From Pseudomonadota bacterium (GTDB lineage Bacteria; Pseudomonadota; Gammaproteobacteria; Eutrophobiales; Eutrophobiaceae), in the NCBI GenBank assembly GCA_038142205.1, contig JAYQJO010000001.1:2176430-2240429 (forward strand): a stretch of DNA of 64,000 nt, given 5' to 3'. Shown piece after piece: positions 54,274-64,000 of the stretch (its first letter is position 1; the number at the start of each line of letters is the position of its first letter). The position numbers were made by a program, and so were the translations under genes. The notes beneath the pieces are model-generated. The model did not search any database and was not told the origin of the DNA. It saw only the letters and a list, made by a program, of their open reading frames with translations.

Positions 54274-54456
54274 AAATAGTGGTTTTTTCGCATAAAGCGC
54301 CTGCCGTTGGTGTGAGCACGAGAAAGCAGCTCGCGCACGACGGCATAGATGCAAAAGGTAGAGCGACTTAAGAAATCAAGGCCGAGAACTGAGTGTATAG
54401 TTAATACATAAAGATTCGAGCAAAGAACTGACGAATTAATCGCGAAAAGTGCATTT

Positions 54457-54939
54457 TTATAAAACGTCTCGTAAACAAAAACCGTAATAGTGTTCAACAG
54501 TATAATAGTAGATTGTTGACCAGTCCGGTTTCACATCTTCATCGGTAGGCCACCACAATTTTCTTTTAAGCCAATGATCATGAAAATGTTCTGCACACAT
54601 TGTCAGTACTTCTTCAGATAAGGATGTTTTGATTCCGTTTTCAGTTTCATTGCTAAAGTAATCATCTAAAATCGACAAGTATGATTTTTTTAAGATAGGT
54701 TTGTTGTCTTCTTCATATTCCGTACGGACAATGTGCTTGGCAAATATATCACCTAATTCAACAATTCGATCGGCATGTCGTTCGCCTTCTAATAATGCTG
54801 CCGCACGCTTGCAGCTTTTTGCAACACCTATGCTACATTGTCGCTGGTGATATTCACGTACGGACTCAGCGACCGCTGCAAAACTAATCATGCTACACAG
54901 AACGAATATCACCGTGCTTTTCAAATAAGAATGAAGCAT
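54457..54939 (-). CDS. Hypothetical secreted protein
   Basis: 160 aa with a signal peptide; Cys, His and Trp-rich; no family recognised. Confidence 0.4.
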   Translation of the reverse strand: MLHSYLKSTVIFVLCSMISFAAVAESVREYHQRQCSIGVAKSCKRAAALLEGERHADRIVELGDIFAKHIVRTEYEEDNKPILKKSYLSILDDYFSNETENGIKTSLSEEVLTMCAEHFHDHWLKRKLWWPTDEDVKPDWSTIYYYTVEHYYGFCLRDVL

Positions 54940-55168
54940 TATTTAGTTTAACTTTCCTTTGTCATTTTCACCGGGTATATCAAGATTATAGTGAACCCGC
55001 ATGAGAATTCCCACAAAGTCAGGAAACCACTGCTTTCAATAAGACTTGGCTTTACAGTAAGCCAGTATATCGGTATAAGAATGCTCCGGGGGAGCATATA
55101 TATATTCTAAGAATAATCATTCAGCTCATTAAATAACGTAATAATCTGTTAATAAGAGGGTTCTATTC

Positions 55169-57187
55169 ATGATCTCAAACGCTTTTATACCCATTGGTCT
55201 GGGTTTATTCGGCCTTTTCGCCGCTTTTCTGGTCTTTATGAGTATTAAAAAATCGCCAGCTGGCGATGGTAAATTGAAAGAAATTGCCGATGCTATCCAT
55301 CTAGGCGCGATGGTTTTTATGAACAGTGAATATAAACGTTTGGCTATATTCTGTGCCATATGTATTACTGCAATAGCGGTTTCTGATCTGGGTATGAATA
55401 CGGCATTAGCATTTTTCCTCGGTGCAATCTGCTCCGGTTCTGCTGGTTATTGGGGAATGTATACCGCAACACATGCGAACGTAAGAACAGCCGTTGCGGC
55501 AAATACCAAAGGTGCAGCTGAAGCATTAAATATCGCTTTCTTTGGTGGTTCAATCATGGGGTTGACCGTTGCAGCAATGGGATTATTCGGAATCGGTATT
55601 CTTTATTATTTCTTCGCTGGCGATACACATACGATTCACGCTATCGAAGGATTTGCCATGGGCGCTTCTTCCGTTGCTCTTTTCTCTCGTGTTGGCGGTG
55701 GTATTTTCACCAAGAGTGCTGATGTTGGTGCTGACCTTGTCGGTAAGATTGAAGCAGGTATACCTGAAGATGATCCTCGTAATCCCGGTGTAATTGCTGA
55801 TAACGTTGGTGACAATGTCGGCGACGTTGCCGGTATGGGCTCAGACATATTTGAGTCTTACTGTGGTTCTATGATTGCAAGCATAGCATTAGCGTCAACT
55901 ATGACCGCTCTTACTGTAAACAAATTAGCTCCTGGTGGAAGTCAAGAAACGCTGACCTTTATGCCACTGGCATTAGCCTCTGTTGGTTTAATTTGTTCGA
56001 TGATTGGGATTTATTCAGTCAAACTTTTTTCATCAAAAAGTCCTGAAACAGCACTAAGAATAGGTACGATGGGTTCATCAATCATATTCATCATTGCTGC
56101 ATTTATTTTAATTAAAATGTTGGGTGCCTCTGTTAATGTCTGGATTGCTGTTATTTCCGGTGCTGTTGGGGGCATTATCATTGGTCTTGTCACTGAATAT
56201 TACACGGGTGGCGCACCAGTCAGAAAAATTGCACAAGACGGTGAAACAGGCCCTGCTACTGTAATGATTAGTGGTCTTGCTACCGGTATGCAATCTGTTG
56301 CTATTCCAGTATTAACGATTTGCGGCATTATATTAGTCGCCAGTCACTATGCTGGTCTATACGGTGTCGGTATCGCAGCCGTGGGCATGTTGAGTACCGT
56401 TGGTATTACCATGGCAATTGATGCTTATGGGCCAGTTGCTGATAATGCGGGTGGTATTGCAGAAATGGCTGAGCTTGGTGCAGATACACGTGAAATAACA
56501 GACTCTCTTGATGAAGTAGGTAATACGACTGCTGCCATTGGTAAAGGCTTTGCCATTGGTGCTGCTGCATTAGCCGCGCTTGCATTAATCAGTGCATTCA
56601 TCGAAAAGATTACAGTGAAGGACCCTGATTTCGTATTACAGATTAATGATCCATTAGTACTTGCCGGAATGTTCCTTGGCGGCATCTTTCCATTTTTAGT
56701 TAGTGCGATGACGATGACCGCTGTTGGTGATGCCGCTTTTGAAATGATTAAGGAAATCCGTCGTCAATTTAAAGAAATCCCTGGCTTAATGGAAGGTACG
56801 GGTAAACCGGATACCGCACGTTGTGTTGATATCGCTACTCGTGCTGCATTAAAACGTATGATTATGCCGGGTACGCTTGCTGTGCTTGCACCAGTCGTTG
56901 TCGGCTTTGGTCTTGGGCCTCAAGCATTAGGCGGCATGTTAGGCGGCGCATTAATCTGCTGTGTCATGATGGCACTTATGATGGCAAACGCGGGTGGCGC
57001 TTGGGATAACGCTAAAAAGCACGTTGAAAAAGGCAACCTTGGTGGCAAGGGAACTGAACTACATGCTGCAGTTGTCGTGGGTGACACGGTAGGTGACCCA
57101 TTAAAAGATACATCGGGTCCATCAATGAATATTTTAATTAATGTAATGGCTATTGTAAGTTTAGTAATAGCGCCACTGTTAGTTTAG
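55169..57187 (+). CDS. hppA: Membrane-bound proton/sodium-translocating pyrophosphatase
   Basis: 672 aa, about 16 TMs, with conserved H+-PPase motifs ([26 protein letters not shown]). Confidence 0.9.
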   Translation: MISNAFIPIGLGLFGLFAAFLVFMSIKKSPAGDGKLKEIADAIHLGAMVFMNSEYKRLAIFCAICITAIAVSDLGMNTALAFFLGAICSGSAGYWGMYTATHANVRTAVAANTKGAAEALNIAFFGGSIMGLTVAAMGLFGIGILYYFFAGDTHTIHAIEGFAMGASSVALFSRVGGGIFTKSADVGADLVGKIEAGIPEDDPRNPGVIADNVGDNVGDVAGMGSDIFESYCGSMIASIALASTMTALTVNKLAPGGSQETLTFMPLALASVGLICSMIGIYSVKLFSSKSPETALRIGTMGSSIIFIIAAFILIKMLGASVNVWIAVISGAVGGIIIGLVTEYYTGGAPVRKIAQDGETGPATVMISGLATGMQSVAIPVLTICGIILVASHYAGLYGVGIAAVGMLSTVGITMAIDAYGPVADNAGGIAEMAELGADTREITDSLDEVGNTTAAIGKGFAIGAAALAALALISAFIEKITVKDPDFVLQINDPLVLAGMFLGGIFPFLVSAMTMTAVGDAAFEMIKEIRRQFKEIPGLMEGTGKPDTARCVDIATRAALKRMIMPGTLAVLAPVVVGFGLGPQALGGMLGGALICCVMMALMMANAGGAWDNAKKHVEKGNLGGKGTELHAAVVVGDTVGDPLKDTSGPSMNILINVMAIVSLVIAPLLV

Positions 57188-57212
57188 ATATTAATTTATA
57201 GTTAATAACTGC

Positions 57213-57246
57213 AAGGCCGCATTTTTATGCGGCCTTATTTTATTTA
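57213..57246 (+). terminator. Rho-independent terminator after hppA
   Basis: AAGGCCGCA-TTTTTA-TGCGGCCTT followed by ATTTTATTT. Confidence 0.6.
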
Positions 57247-57405
57247 CATGGATATAATGTCAAGAATGTGTTCCAGGCTTTTCCTAGGTACTTACAGCCA
57301 TGTAAGTAATATCTGTTGTGCACGACAACTTTAAAACAGGAGTTAGAGCGACACAGGAATCAGAGCCGAGACGCACACTCTACCGATACATCTATAATAA
57401 TTAAA

Positions 57406-57909
57406 ATGTCTCAAAATACTGGCTTTCCTCCCATCGCGAAACCTGATGCAAAGATATTAATACTCGGTTCCATGCCGGGAGTTAAATCTCTTGAAAAAAA
57501 TCAATACTACGTAAACCCTCGTAATGCTTTCTGGTCAATTATGATTGAGCTTTTGAATGGCGATGAAGAATTAAATTATCAACAACGAAAACAATTATTA
57601 ATTAATAATCGAATTGCTTTATGGGATGTATTAAAAAGTTGTTATCGCGAAGGAAGCCTTGATTCAAACATTGACCACTCAACAATTAAAGCGAATGACT
57701 TTAATCTTTTTTTAAGCAAGCACAAACAAATTAAAACGATCTTTTTTAATGGTGGTGAAACGGAAAAACTATACAAGAAGTACGTTATGAAAGAACTAAA
57801 TAATAAAGAAATTGAATACTTCAAATTACCATCAACCAGCCCGGCACACGCGGCAATGTCATTTGATCAAAAGTTATCAGCGTGGAGAATTATAGAAGAT
57901 TTTATTTAA
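57406..57909 (+). CDS. UDG-superfamily DNA glycosylase, hypoxanthine-DNA-glycosylase (family 6)-like
   Basis: Probable start is MSQNTGFPPIAKPDAKILILGSMPGVKSLEKNQYYVNPRNAFW. The GSxPG...YY..P.N.FW pattern is recalled for deoxyinosine/hypoxanthine glycosylases. The track ORF begins earlier, at 57316. Confidence 0.45.
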   Translation: MSQNTGFPPIAKPDAKILILGSMPGVKSLEKNQYYVNPRNAFWSIMIELLNGDEELNYQQRKQLLINNRIALWDVLKSCYREGSLDSNIDHSTIKANDFNLFLSKHKQIKTIFFNGGETEKLYKKYVMKELNNKEIEYFKLPSTSPAHAAMSFDQKLSAWRIIEDFI

Positions 57910-57915
57910 GTCTAC

Positions 57916-58836
57916 TCAGTTAGCTTTTAAGGCCTGCTGTTCTTTCCAGTTAAACCATAATTTTGGTGAAAGTTTATTTAATAAACGATCAATCGATTGC
58001 ATGACCAATAAATTGTAGGCTCCCTGTAGTTTTCCAAGCACTGTCTGACTCGGGCAACGCAGCGAAATTGAATAACCCGCTTCGTCATAGATAAAGTGAT
58101 GCCAATATCCGCTAGCAATATATAAAGTATCACCTGCATTTAATTCTACTTTATAACCTTTTGCTTCTTTTAAATTAGGAAACTTCTGAACATCCGGTTT
58201 CTCTACATCAACATAACTACGACAAGTAAAAGGATAGCGATGCAAGTTTTTTGATTGTTCAATAGGAAACAGATAAACCGTCCTTTTCCCTTTAATGACA
58301 GTGTGAAAAACATGAGACATATCAATATCAAAATGCATTTGAGTTACTGAGTTTTTGCATCCAAAAAACATGAACACAAAACTTTTTGAAACATTATCGA
58401 TCAGCGAAGGGAATACTATATCGTCTACCAGCTCAGGGATTTCAGCCTTTATATTATAAAGAAACATGCGTAAATCCTGAGAGGTCGTCATTACTTTATC
58501 GATATACTCTCTCAATGGTATAGTTTCAGCATTCGACATGTAGTTCTTGCCAGCACTAACAAAACTGGCATCATAAACTTTTACCAGCTTCTCTCCATGC
58601 TGTTCTTTAAAGAAATCCGGACTCCACTTTTGTAATGCTGCCCATTTATTTGATAAGCCTTTTATAACGAGTGGCTTAAGTGGCTTATAAAAATTTTCTA
58701 AGAATTGTTTTTGATCTAAGGAGTCTATTTTTTCAACTTCAGATAACTCTATTGTGTCACCCATGTTACCTGTTAAGAAATTCGCTATAAGTATGAAGAA
58801 TTTCCGAGCGCTCCCAATGTAAAAAATGGCCAGCAC
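57916..58836 (-). CDS. JmjC/cupin-like domain protein (putative 2OG-Fe(II) oxygenase-like)
   Basis: A double-stranded beta-helix pattern ...HFDIDMSHVFHTVIKGKRTVYLF...AGDTLYIASGYWHHF, with an HxD...H metal triad candidate. Alternative start is MGDTIELS at 58764. Confidence 0.55.
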   Translation of the reverse strand: MLAIFYIGSARKFFILIANFLTGNMGDTIELSEVEKIDSLDQKQFLENFYKPLKPLVIKGLSNKWAALQKWSPDFFKEQHGEKLVKVYDASFVSAGKNYMSNAETIPLREYIDKVMTTSQDLRMFLYNIKAEIPELVDDIVFPSLIDNVSKSFVFMFFGCKNSVTQMHFDIDMSHVFHTVIKGKRTVYLFPIEQSKNLHRYPFTCRSYVDVEKPDVQKFPNLKEAKGYKVELNAGDTLYIASGYWHHFIYDEAGYSISLRCPSQTVLGKLQGAYNLLVMQSIDRLLNKLSPKLWFNWKEQQALKAN

Positions 58837-58859
58837 CCGAGATCATTTTATATTCACAA

Positions 58860-59576
58860 TCAGGGATTTTTTGAAGACGCTTTTTCTATATCACTTTGAT
58901 CCAGAATAGCATCATATTCACCACTCAGAATAAGTGTTGATGCTGTTATTTTTCCAAGCTCAATATATTCTTCGATATCTGATGCTTGTCCAACAAACTC
59001 ACAATGTTCATAAAAACTGATGAACTGTTCGCGACTCATTTCTCTAAACTGATTAATCATCTGTTTTTTCTGTGAATCTGGAATATGCTGGCCAAAACGT
59101 TCAATCATCAGTGGCGCTATTTTTTCAGCTTTATTTCCGTCAAACAGACTTTGGCCTGCTCGAATGATCTCAATGACTTCCTTGCTTGGCTTTGCGCCAA
59201 AGCTTCCCAGGATCATCTTATCAACTAGCTCAGGATAGCGTGATGCTATTGCTGCAGAAACAATGGTTCCCCATGATGCGGCTGCCAGAATAACAGTACC
59301 ATTACGATTTGTTTCTTTTATAACGCTATGTAATACCTCAACCTGTTCATCAAAACTAATACCGAGTGAGCCAGATAGAATTGAAGCGCGACCTTGTCCA
59401 GGCATGTCGAATAACACGACAGAATAATCGGAGACAAAATGACTCACGAACGAGCGCCATGCCGCCATTGTTTGTTTTGCGCCACTAATACAGATTATGG
59501 TTTTTTTAGCTTCACCATAAATACGATAAGGCACGAGAAATCGTCCTAGTTTTAATTCACCTTTAATAGTTTTCAT
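58860..59576 (-). CDS. Alpha/beta-hydrolase fold protein
   Basis: 238 aa with a nucleophile elbow AASWGT and a core alpha/beta-hydrolase pattern. Immediately downstream of the JmjC gene. Confidence 0.65.
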   Translation of the reverse strand: MKTIKGELKLGRFLVPYRIYGEAKKTIICISGAKQTMAAWRSFVSHFVSDYSVVLFDMPGQGRASILSGSLGISFDEQVEVLHSVIKETNRNGTVILAAASWGTIVSAAIASRYPELVDKMILGSFGAKPSKEVIEIIRAGQSLFDGNKAEKIAPLMIERFGQHIPDSQKKQMINQFREMSREQFISFYEHCEFVGQASDIEEYIELGKITASTLILSGEYDAILDQSDIEKASSKNP

Positions 59577-60125
59577 TAATATAACTTTTTATATGTAAAA
59601 TTCATCGATTATCTTAATACGTTGTTTACTATCAAGAAATATAAATGCCGCTATAAACCATATAGAAACAGATTATTAACATATTAATCAACCCAGTTTG
59701 GCTTGATAACTGGACTAGTTAACAATTATTTAACTAAGCTACCACGTTTGCCACTGAAAATCGCCAAAACACATTGACCGTATTACTTGAGCAAAGTTCT
59801 CGTCTTTGGTTGAGCCCGCCACTTTATCCAAAAATAAGGAAATCATACGGTCATCAGGAGACCAAACAAAGACAATTCGCCACCCTTTTCTAAAAGGGCG
59901 TAAAAATACCATGGATTTATGTTTTGTCGAGTATTGTTGCATAACAAATTAAGGAAATTTGTCTTTTTTTTACGACAAGTCGACATTTGTTCAATATTAA
60001 TACGCGGGGAAATGTTTGGCTGGAGCTGAAACGATGTTATTAACACAACTTTATTCACTTAGTATCTGATGAATTACCAACCATATCAGCAAGGCGTTTC
60101 CCCAGTATATAACTGATATTGAAAT

Positions 60126-62795
60126 TCAATTTAGCAATGATATTTGGAAAAATTTTAGGTCCTTTTGCATTCGCTCATAATCAAAACGCAGTGCTGAAAC
60201 ATCTTCAGTAGCGACAACATCGGCTGTTCGTTCGGTTTCACGTATATAGCCTATTTCACCAAAAACCTGTCCCGGTTTTAACATTGCTAGGGAGCGCAAA
60301 TCACCCTCATCCTTTCTGATAACTTCAACCTCACCTGAAAGGATTAAATACATATCCCGACCAATAGTATCTTGTTCGACTAAAAGATCGCCTTTTTTAA
60401 ACTCATGTATCTCCGAAATTAATATTGCTTTACGTCGTTGATAGTCTGTCATGTTTTGAAATAGCACGCTGCTATCCAATACTTCTTTATCAACAGACAT
60501 CGCCAAAATCTGGTAAAGACCCACAAGACGAATACGCGCCATAATAATAGGAGTGATTAACAGATAAGCAAAAATTGAAAACAACATTGTTGCGGCAGCT
60601 AAAGCACCAAACTGCGCAACTATAGTAAAGTTAGAGAAAATTAAAACACCAAAACCAAAGGAAAGCGCAAGGCTGGAAACGATCAGCGGCGTGGCTTCTT
60701 CACGAACGGCTGTGTTTACAGCGCCGATATAATCCGAACTACGACGACAAAGCTCGTTATAACGGGCAAGCAAATGTATGGTGCCATCTATCGCAATACC
60801 TATTGCAATAACAGCGACCATCGCTGTGCCCGGATTTAAAGGAATATTGAAATAACCCATTATGCCAAACATTAGTGTAATAGGAATGATGGCGGGGATC
60901 AGCGCAATGAAACCTCCTTTAAATGAAGTAAACATTGCAGACATAATTAAAAAGATAAGTGTAAGCAATACAATTAATGCTTTAACCTGGGCAACCATTA
61001 AACTTTCCGCCGCATGATTCACCATCAGGTTCTCACTGACAACATAGGATTTCATTTCAGGGCCAACAATAGTATCCAACACTTCTCTTAATTCACTAAC
61101 ATATCGGTTTAAAGTATGTGAATCGGAGATGTTATGTCTAACAACAATATTTGCACGGCTATAGTCATGGCTGACATAACTATCCAGATCACTGCGATGG
61201 AAAAACATGAGATATTGCGCAATCAGTCTTTGTGTTTCCGGCACAGAGCCTTCAGAACCATTATTACGAAACTCACGATTAATAAATTTCAAATGATCTG
61301 CTAAAGATATCGTTCGATCATAAACACCTTGCTGATTAAGAAACGATTGTATGTCTACCAGCTTTTGAATATTTTGGGGTTTTTGAAATGCTTTTGCCTG
61401 TTTTGATTCAAGCGAAATAAAAAATATTTTAACACCGGCCAGATCATCATGAATGCGTTTAACATCCTGGATCAAGGGACGATCACTTTGAAAATAGGAT
61501 AACGGATCATTCGTGACATAAAGCTTGGCTGCCTGAAATACAAAAAAGACACACAGTGCAAAGGTGAATAGCAATGTCAAAACAGGAAAACGATCCTGAG
61601 AATAACGGAATAAACGCATTACGTGATCAGGTAATGTGTTCATTTCTTTATTTTTAACTAGACTGGTATTTTTATTTGAACCAAATAAATTCAGCATCAG
61701 CGGCAAAACAAGAATTGTTATAAGGCCGTTTGCTAACATGGCAAACGTTGCTGCAAGTGAGAAGTGTTGTATTAAGCCAATATTACTAAACAGGTTACTG
61801 GCAAACCCTAATGTGGTTGTTAGTACGGTTAATACTAATGGCAAACCGATATGCTTCGCCATATATTGTAACGCTTCTTTTTTACCCGACTCTGAGCCTT
61901 CGTTTTCATCCAGCCCCCGAAAAAAAGCAGACATTAAATGCGTATCTTCTGTCGCGCCAATTACAATAATCAGGGACGGAATCATTGCGCTCAATATATT
62001 TAACGGAATACCAAGCCAGCCTAATAAACCGAAAGTCCAGATTATAGTTATAACGGAAGTCACTAATGGCACTAATGCCGATAACCAGCTACGCATAAAT
62101 AATAAAATAGAAACAACCAGAATAAAGGCAGATAAAGGCGCTAAAAGCATGAAGTCTTCAGACAGGCTTTGCTTTAACTCGGCGTTAATTCTTGGCGGGC
62201 CAACTTGCGTAATATATTCAAAGTCAGATTGATATAACTCAAGCTGATCCTTAAAGGCTTGATAAATAATCCGACTAAAATCATTTCTATCATCGGCATC
62301 GACAACAGAAACCATCATTGCAGTCACATTGCCGTCATCAGAAAAGAAATTGCCTATATATAATGGGTTAGCTAAAGCACTTCGTTTAGCACTTAGTGCT
62401 TCTTCTGTCGTCTTTGGTGCAGAGCGGAGAACAGGACGGGAAATTATTTTCCCATCAACACCATGTACAGTATGTAAGCTAAAAAGACCATCAACACGAA
62501 TAACACCTTCAATTTTTTCTATAGCTAAATGAAGTTGTTCAAGACGTGCCAGTTTATCTGTCGTCCATAAGTTTTTATCTTTTATATAAATGATGGTTTT
62601 ATTGTCTGTGCCAAATTCATCCATCACCTTTTGATAAACCTGACGACTAGGATCATCAGCCGGAATTAAAGTATCAATGCCAGTATCTATTTGAAGTCGT
62701 TGCATGCCAAACAGAGCAAATAAGGTAATCAATAATACGAATACCGTAACGGGCAAACGATGCTTGTAACCTAACATGCACATTTGTACTATCAT
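60126..62795 (-). CDS. MMPL/RND-superfamily (COG1033-type) exporter fused to a C-terminal cyclic-nucleotide-binding domain
   Basis: 889 aa with two 6-TM bundles separated by soluble domains. The C-terminal about 120 aa carry the CNB signature ...GQVFGEIGYIRETERTADVVATEDVSALRF. Confidence 0.7.
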   Translation of the reverse strand: MIVQMCMLGYKHRLPVTVFVLLITLFALFGMQRLQIDTGIDTLIPADDPSRQVYQKVMDEFGTDNKTIIYIKDKNLWTTDKLARLEQLHLAIEKIEGVIRVDGLFSLHTVHGVDGKIISRPVLRSAPKTTEEALSAKRSALANPLYIGNFFSDDGNVTAMMVSVVDADDRNDFSRIIYQAFKDQLELYQSDFEYITQVGPPRINAELKQSLSEDFMLLAPLSAFILVVSILLFMRSWLSALVPLVTSVITIIWTFGLLGWLGIPLNILSAMIPSLIIVIGATEDTHLMSAFFRGLDENEGSESGKKEALQYMAKHIGLPLVLTVLTTTLGFASNLFSNIGLIQHFSLAATFAMLANGLITILVLPLMLNLFGSNKNTSLVKNKEMNTLPDHVMRLFRYSQDRFPVLTLLFTFALCVFFVFQAAKLYVTNDPLSYFQSDRPLIQDVKRIHDDLAGVKIFFISLESKQAKAFQKPQNIQKLVDIQSFLNQQGVYDRTISLADHLKFINREFRNNGSEGSVPETQRLIAQYLMFFHRSDLDSYVSHDYSRANIVVRHNISDSHTLNRYVSELREVLDTIVGPEMKSYVVSENLMVNHAAESLMVAQVKALIVLLTLIFLIMSAMFTSFKGGFIALIPAIIPITLMFGIMGYFNIPLNPGTAMVAVIAIGIAIDGTIHLLARYNELCRRSSDYIGAVNTAVREEATPLIVSSLALSFGFGVLIFSNFTIVAQFGALAAATMLFSIFAYLLITPIIMARIRLVGLYQILAMSVDKEVLDSSVLFQNMTDYQRRKAILISEIHEFKKGDLLVEQDTIGRDMYLILSGEVEVIRKDEGDLRSLAMLKPGQVFGEIGYIRETERTADVVATEDVSALRFDYERMQKDLKFFQISLLN

Positions 62796-63694
62796 GGCAT
62801 ATCTTCTTCAGTTATTAACTCAGGCAAATTAATATCATCGTCTTCAGGCTCTGGTTTTGTCAGCCGCTCAACATAAGGATAATTCTCATATAACCATTCG
62901 GCTGTGAACACTTCTGCTGGCACATAGTCGTGAGAAAAAACACGGCGCGTTACTTTTATTAAAGATTGGTGCGCCTGCTTTTTATCTTCCATTAAAATCA
63001 TATTAGCGCGCCACATATCACCATCAACGGCTTTTAAATCATGATGACTTTGTATGCGCGAAAGTCGACCTTGTTTATCAAAATGATGTGTTAGTGTAAT
63101 GTATAAATTATCTTCTCGAATAAAATGTCGTCGTAAAATTTGTTCCTTACTTTCTTCATCTTCAAGCTTATAAACATCCAGTACAAAATGTTTAGCACCT
63201 TCTATTTCTTCATTATCACGTCGCTGATAAAAGTGTTCACTCAATATTTCACCAGTAAAGTTTTCTACAGAAAAATCAGTGCCGAGAAAATTATCATTGC
63301 TGCCTTCGCCTGTGCTCTCGATTAAACGTTCACCTAAAGCAGGCAAGTAAATATGTTTTGTCGTATGTCCATCTGGATCACGGTTCGCCAGCAAGGCGAC
63401 ACCTTTTACTTCTTCCGGATAATCAAACAACAGCAAAAAACGGACTGTCCCGTCTTTTTCAACTTTTGAATAGCGTCTTGCCTTACGGGTATCACGATCA
63501 CCGTTTCTATCCTGCATCATCATGGATTGTTCTTCATAGATGTAGGGAAACTGCTGATGACGTATTTGCACCTGTTTCATAATTTCTGCACCGCTCGTTT
63601 CACTATCAATCATCGCTATACTGTTATCAACAAAAAGACCTGTTGTCAGCAAGACAAAAGCAGCAACGTGTTGATGTTGAGAAAAGTATTTCAT
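62792..63694 (-). CDS. LolA-like outer-membrane lipoprotein-sorting family protein (partner of the COG1033 exporter)
   Basis: 300 aa with a signal peptide. A 4-nt overlap with the exporter gene indicates translational coupling. Confidence 0.55.
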   Translation of the reverse strand: MKYFSQHQHVAAFVLLTTGLFVDNSIAMIDSETSGAEIMKQVQIRHQQFPYIYEEQSMMMQDRNGDRDTRKARRYSKVEKDGTVRFLLLFDYPEEVKGVALLANRDPDGHTTKHIYLPALGERLIESTGEGSNDNFLGTDFSVENFTGEILSEHFYQRRDNEEIEGAKHFVLDVYKLEDEESKEQILRRHFIREDNLYITLTHHFDKQGRLSRIQSHHDLKAVDGDMWRANMILMEDKKQAHQSLIKVTRRVFSHDYVPAEVFTAEWLYENYPYVERLTKPEPEDDDINLPELITEEDMP

Positions 63695-63703
63695 TTAATT
63701 AAT

Positions 63704-64000
63704 CTAGTTTTCATGTTCCATTATGCTATCGGCAATACGTAAGCTAAGCTCGCCAAATAACTCTCGCATAGCTGCGACCATTTGATCGTAATTACCTTCT
63801 TCAATTTTAGCCTTGCTCTGCAGACCGATACTTGAAACTTTGGAGCCTTCAACATTTTTTGCCGTATTTGAAAGCTGCCATCGCGCAAAAAGCTTAACGC
63901 TACCATCAACATCCTGTTCAAACTGTTCTATGTGTATCTGTATACGATAATCAGGTAATGAAGAAGAGCGATTTAATGGTGTACCAACATCATCTGTTGA
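63704..64000 (-). CDS. PqiC/DUF330-like ABC-transport auxiliary lipoprotein, C-terminal 98 aa (partial at window end)
   Basis: Reverse translation gives ...PDYRIQIHIEQFEQDVDGSVKLFARWQLSN...ELFGELSLRIADSIMEHEN*, resembling the PqiC family C-terminus. Confidence 0.35.
   Translation of the reverse strand, partial: STDDVGTPLNRSSSLPDYRIQIHIEQFEQDVDGSVKLFARWQLSNTAKNVEGSKVSSIGLQSKAKIEEGNYDQMVAAMRELFGELSLRIADSIMEHEN

Overview
This window is an AT-rich gammaproteobacterial chromosome segment, with gene order typical of marine Alteromonadales-like genomes. All domain and family calls below were made by eye from motifs I remember, not by database search.

The first 12 kb is a housekeeping block on the minus strand: purD (partial), purH, fis, dusB, a zinc-ribbon/DUF3426 protein, prmA, accC, accB, aroQ, a TlpA-like thioredoxin, dsbD and cutA. 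It is followed by fxsA and trmH on the plus strand.

Between trmH and djlA (12.38-15.40 kb) sits what I read as a degenerate chromosomal integron. It has a 132-aa N-terminal fragment of an IntI-type integron integrase and a putative attI region whose core GTTATGG abuts the first cassette. Three minus-strand gene cassettes follow, each ending in a 55-63 bp attC-like imperfect palindrome. The attC ends pair across cassettes in the way expected for attC R''/R' hybrid core sites.

- Cassette 2 encodes a 354-aa protein with a C-terminal TIR-like domain (COG4271 / CAP12-PycTIR-like) fused to an unrecognised N-terminal domain. This is the strongest candidate for a new, possibly anti-phage, function.
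- Cassette 1 encodes a membrane-anchored coiled-coil protein of unknown function.
- Cassette 3 encodes a small 3-TM protein.

The rest of the window is mostly housekeeping:
- djlA, a class I SAM-dependent methyltransferase and a frameshifted sixA.
- A large contiguous Pho/polyphosphate supercluster: ppx, ppk, DUF47-pitA, phoU-pstBACS with long-form PstC and PstA, phoBR, and an OprP-like porin.
- A SulP transporter plus beta-carbonic anhydrase plus LysR regulator module.
- comEA, leuS, lptE, holA, proA, nadD, rsfS and rlmH.
- A small accessory islet: an ABM monooxygenase, a membrane protein, a MarR regulator with palindromic operators, and a frameshifted katG.
- An FMN-dependent lactate-dehydrogenase-like gene, rdgC, maf and the H+-pyrophosphatase hppA.
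- A hypoxanthine-DNA-glycosylase-like gene and a JmjC/cupin plus alpha/beta-hydrolase pair.
- An MMPL/RND-type exporter with a C-terminal cNMP-binding domain, its LolA-like partner, and a partial PqiC-like lipoprotein.

I found no tRNA or rRNA genes and no CRISPR arrays.
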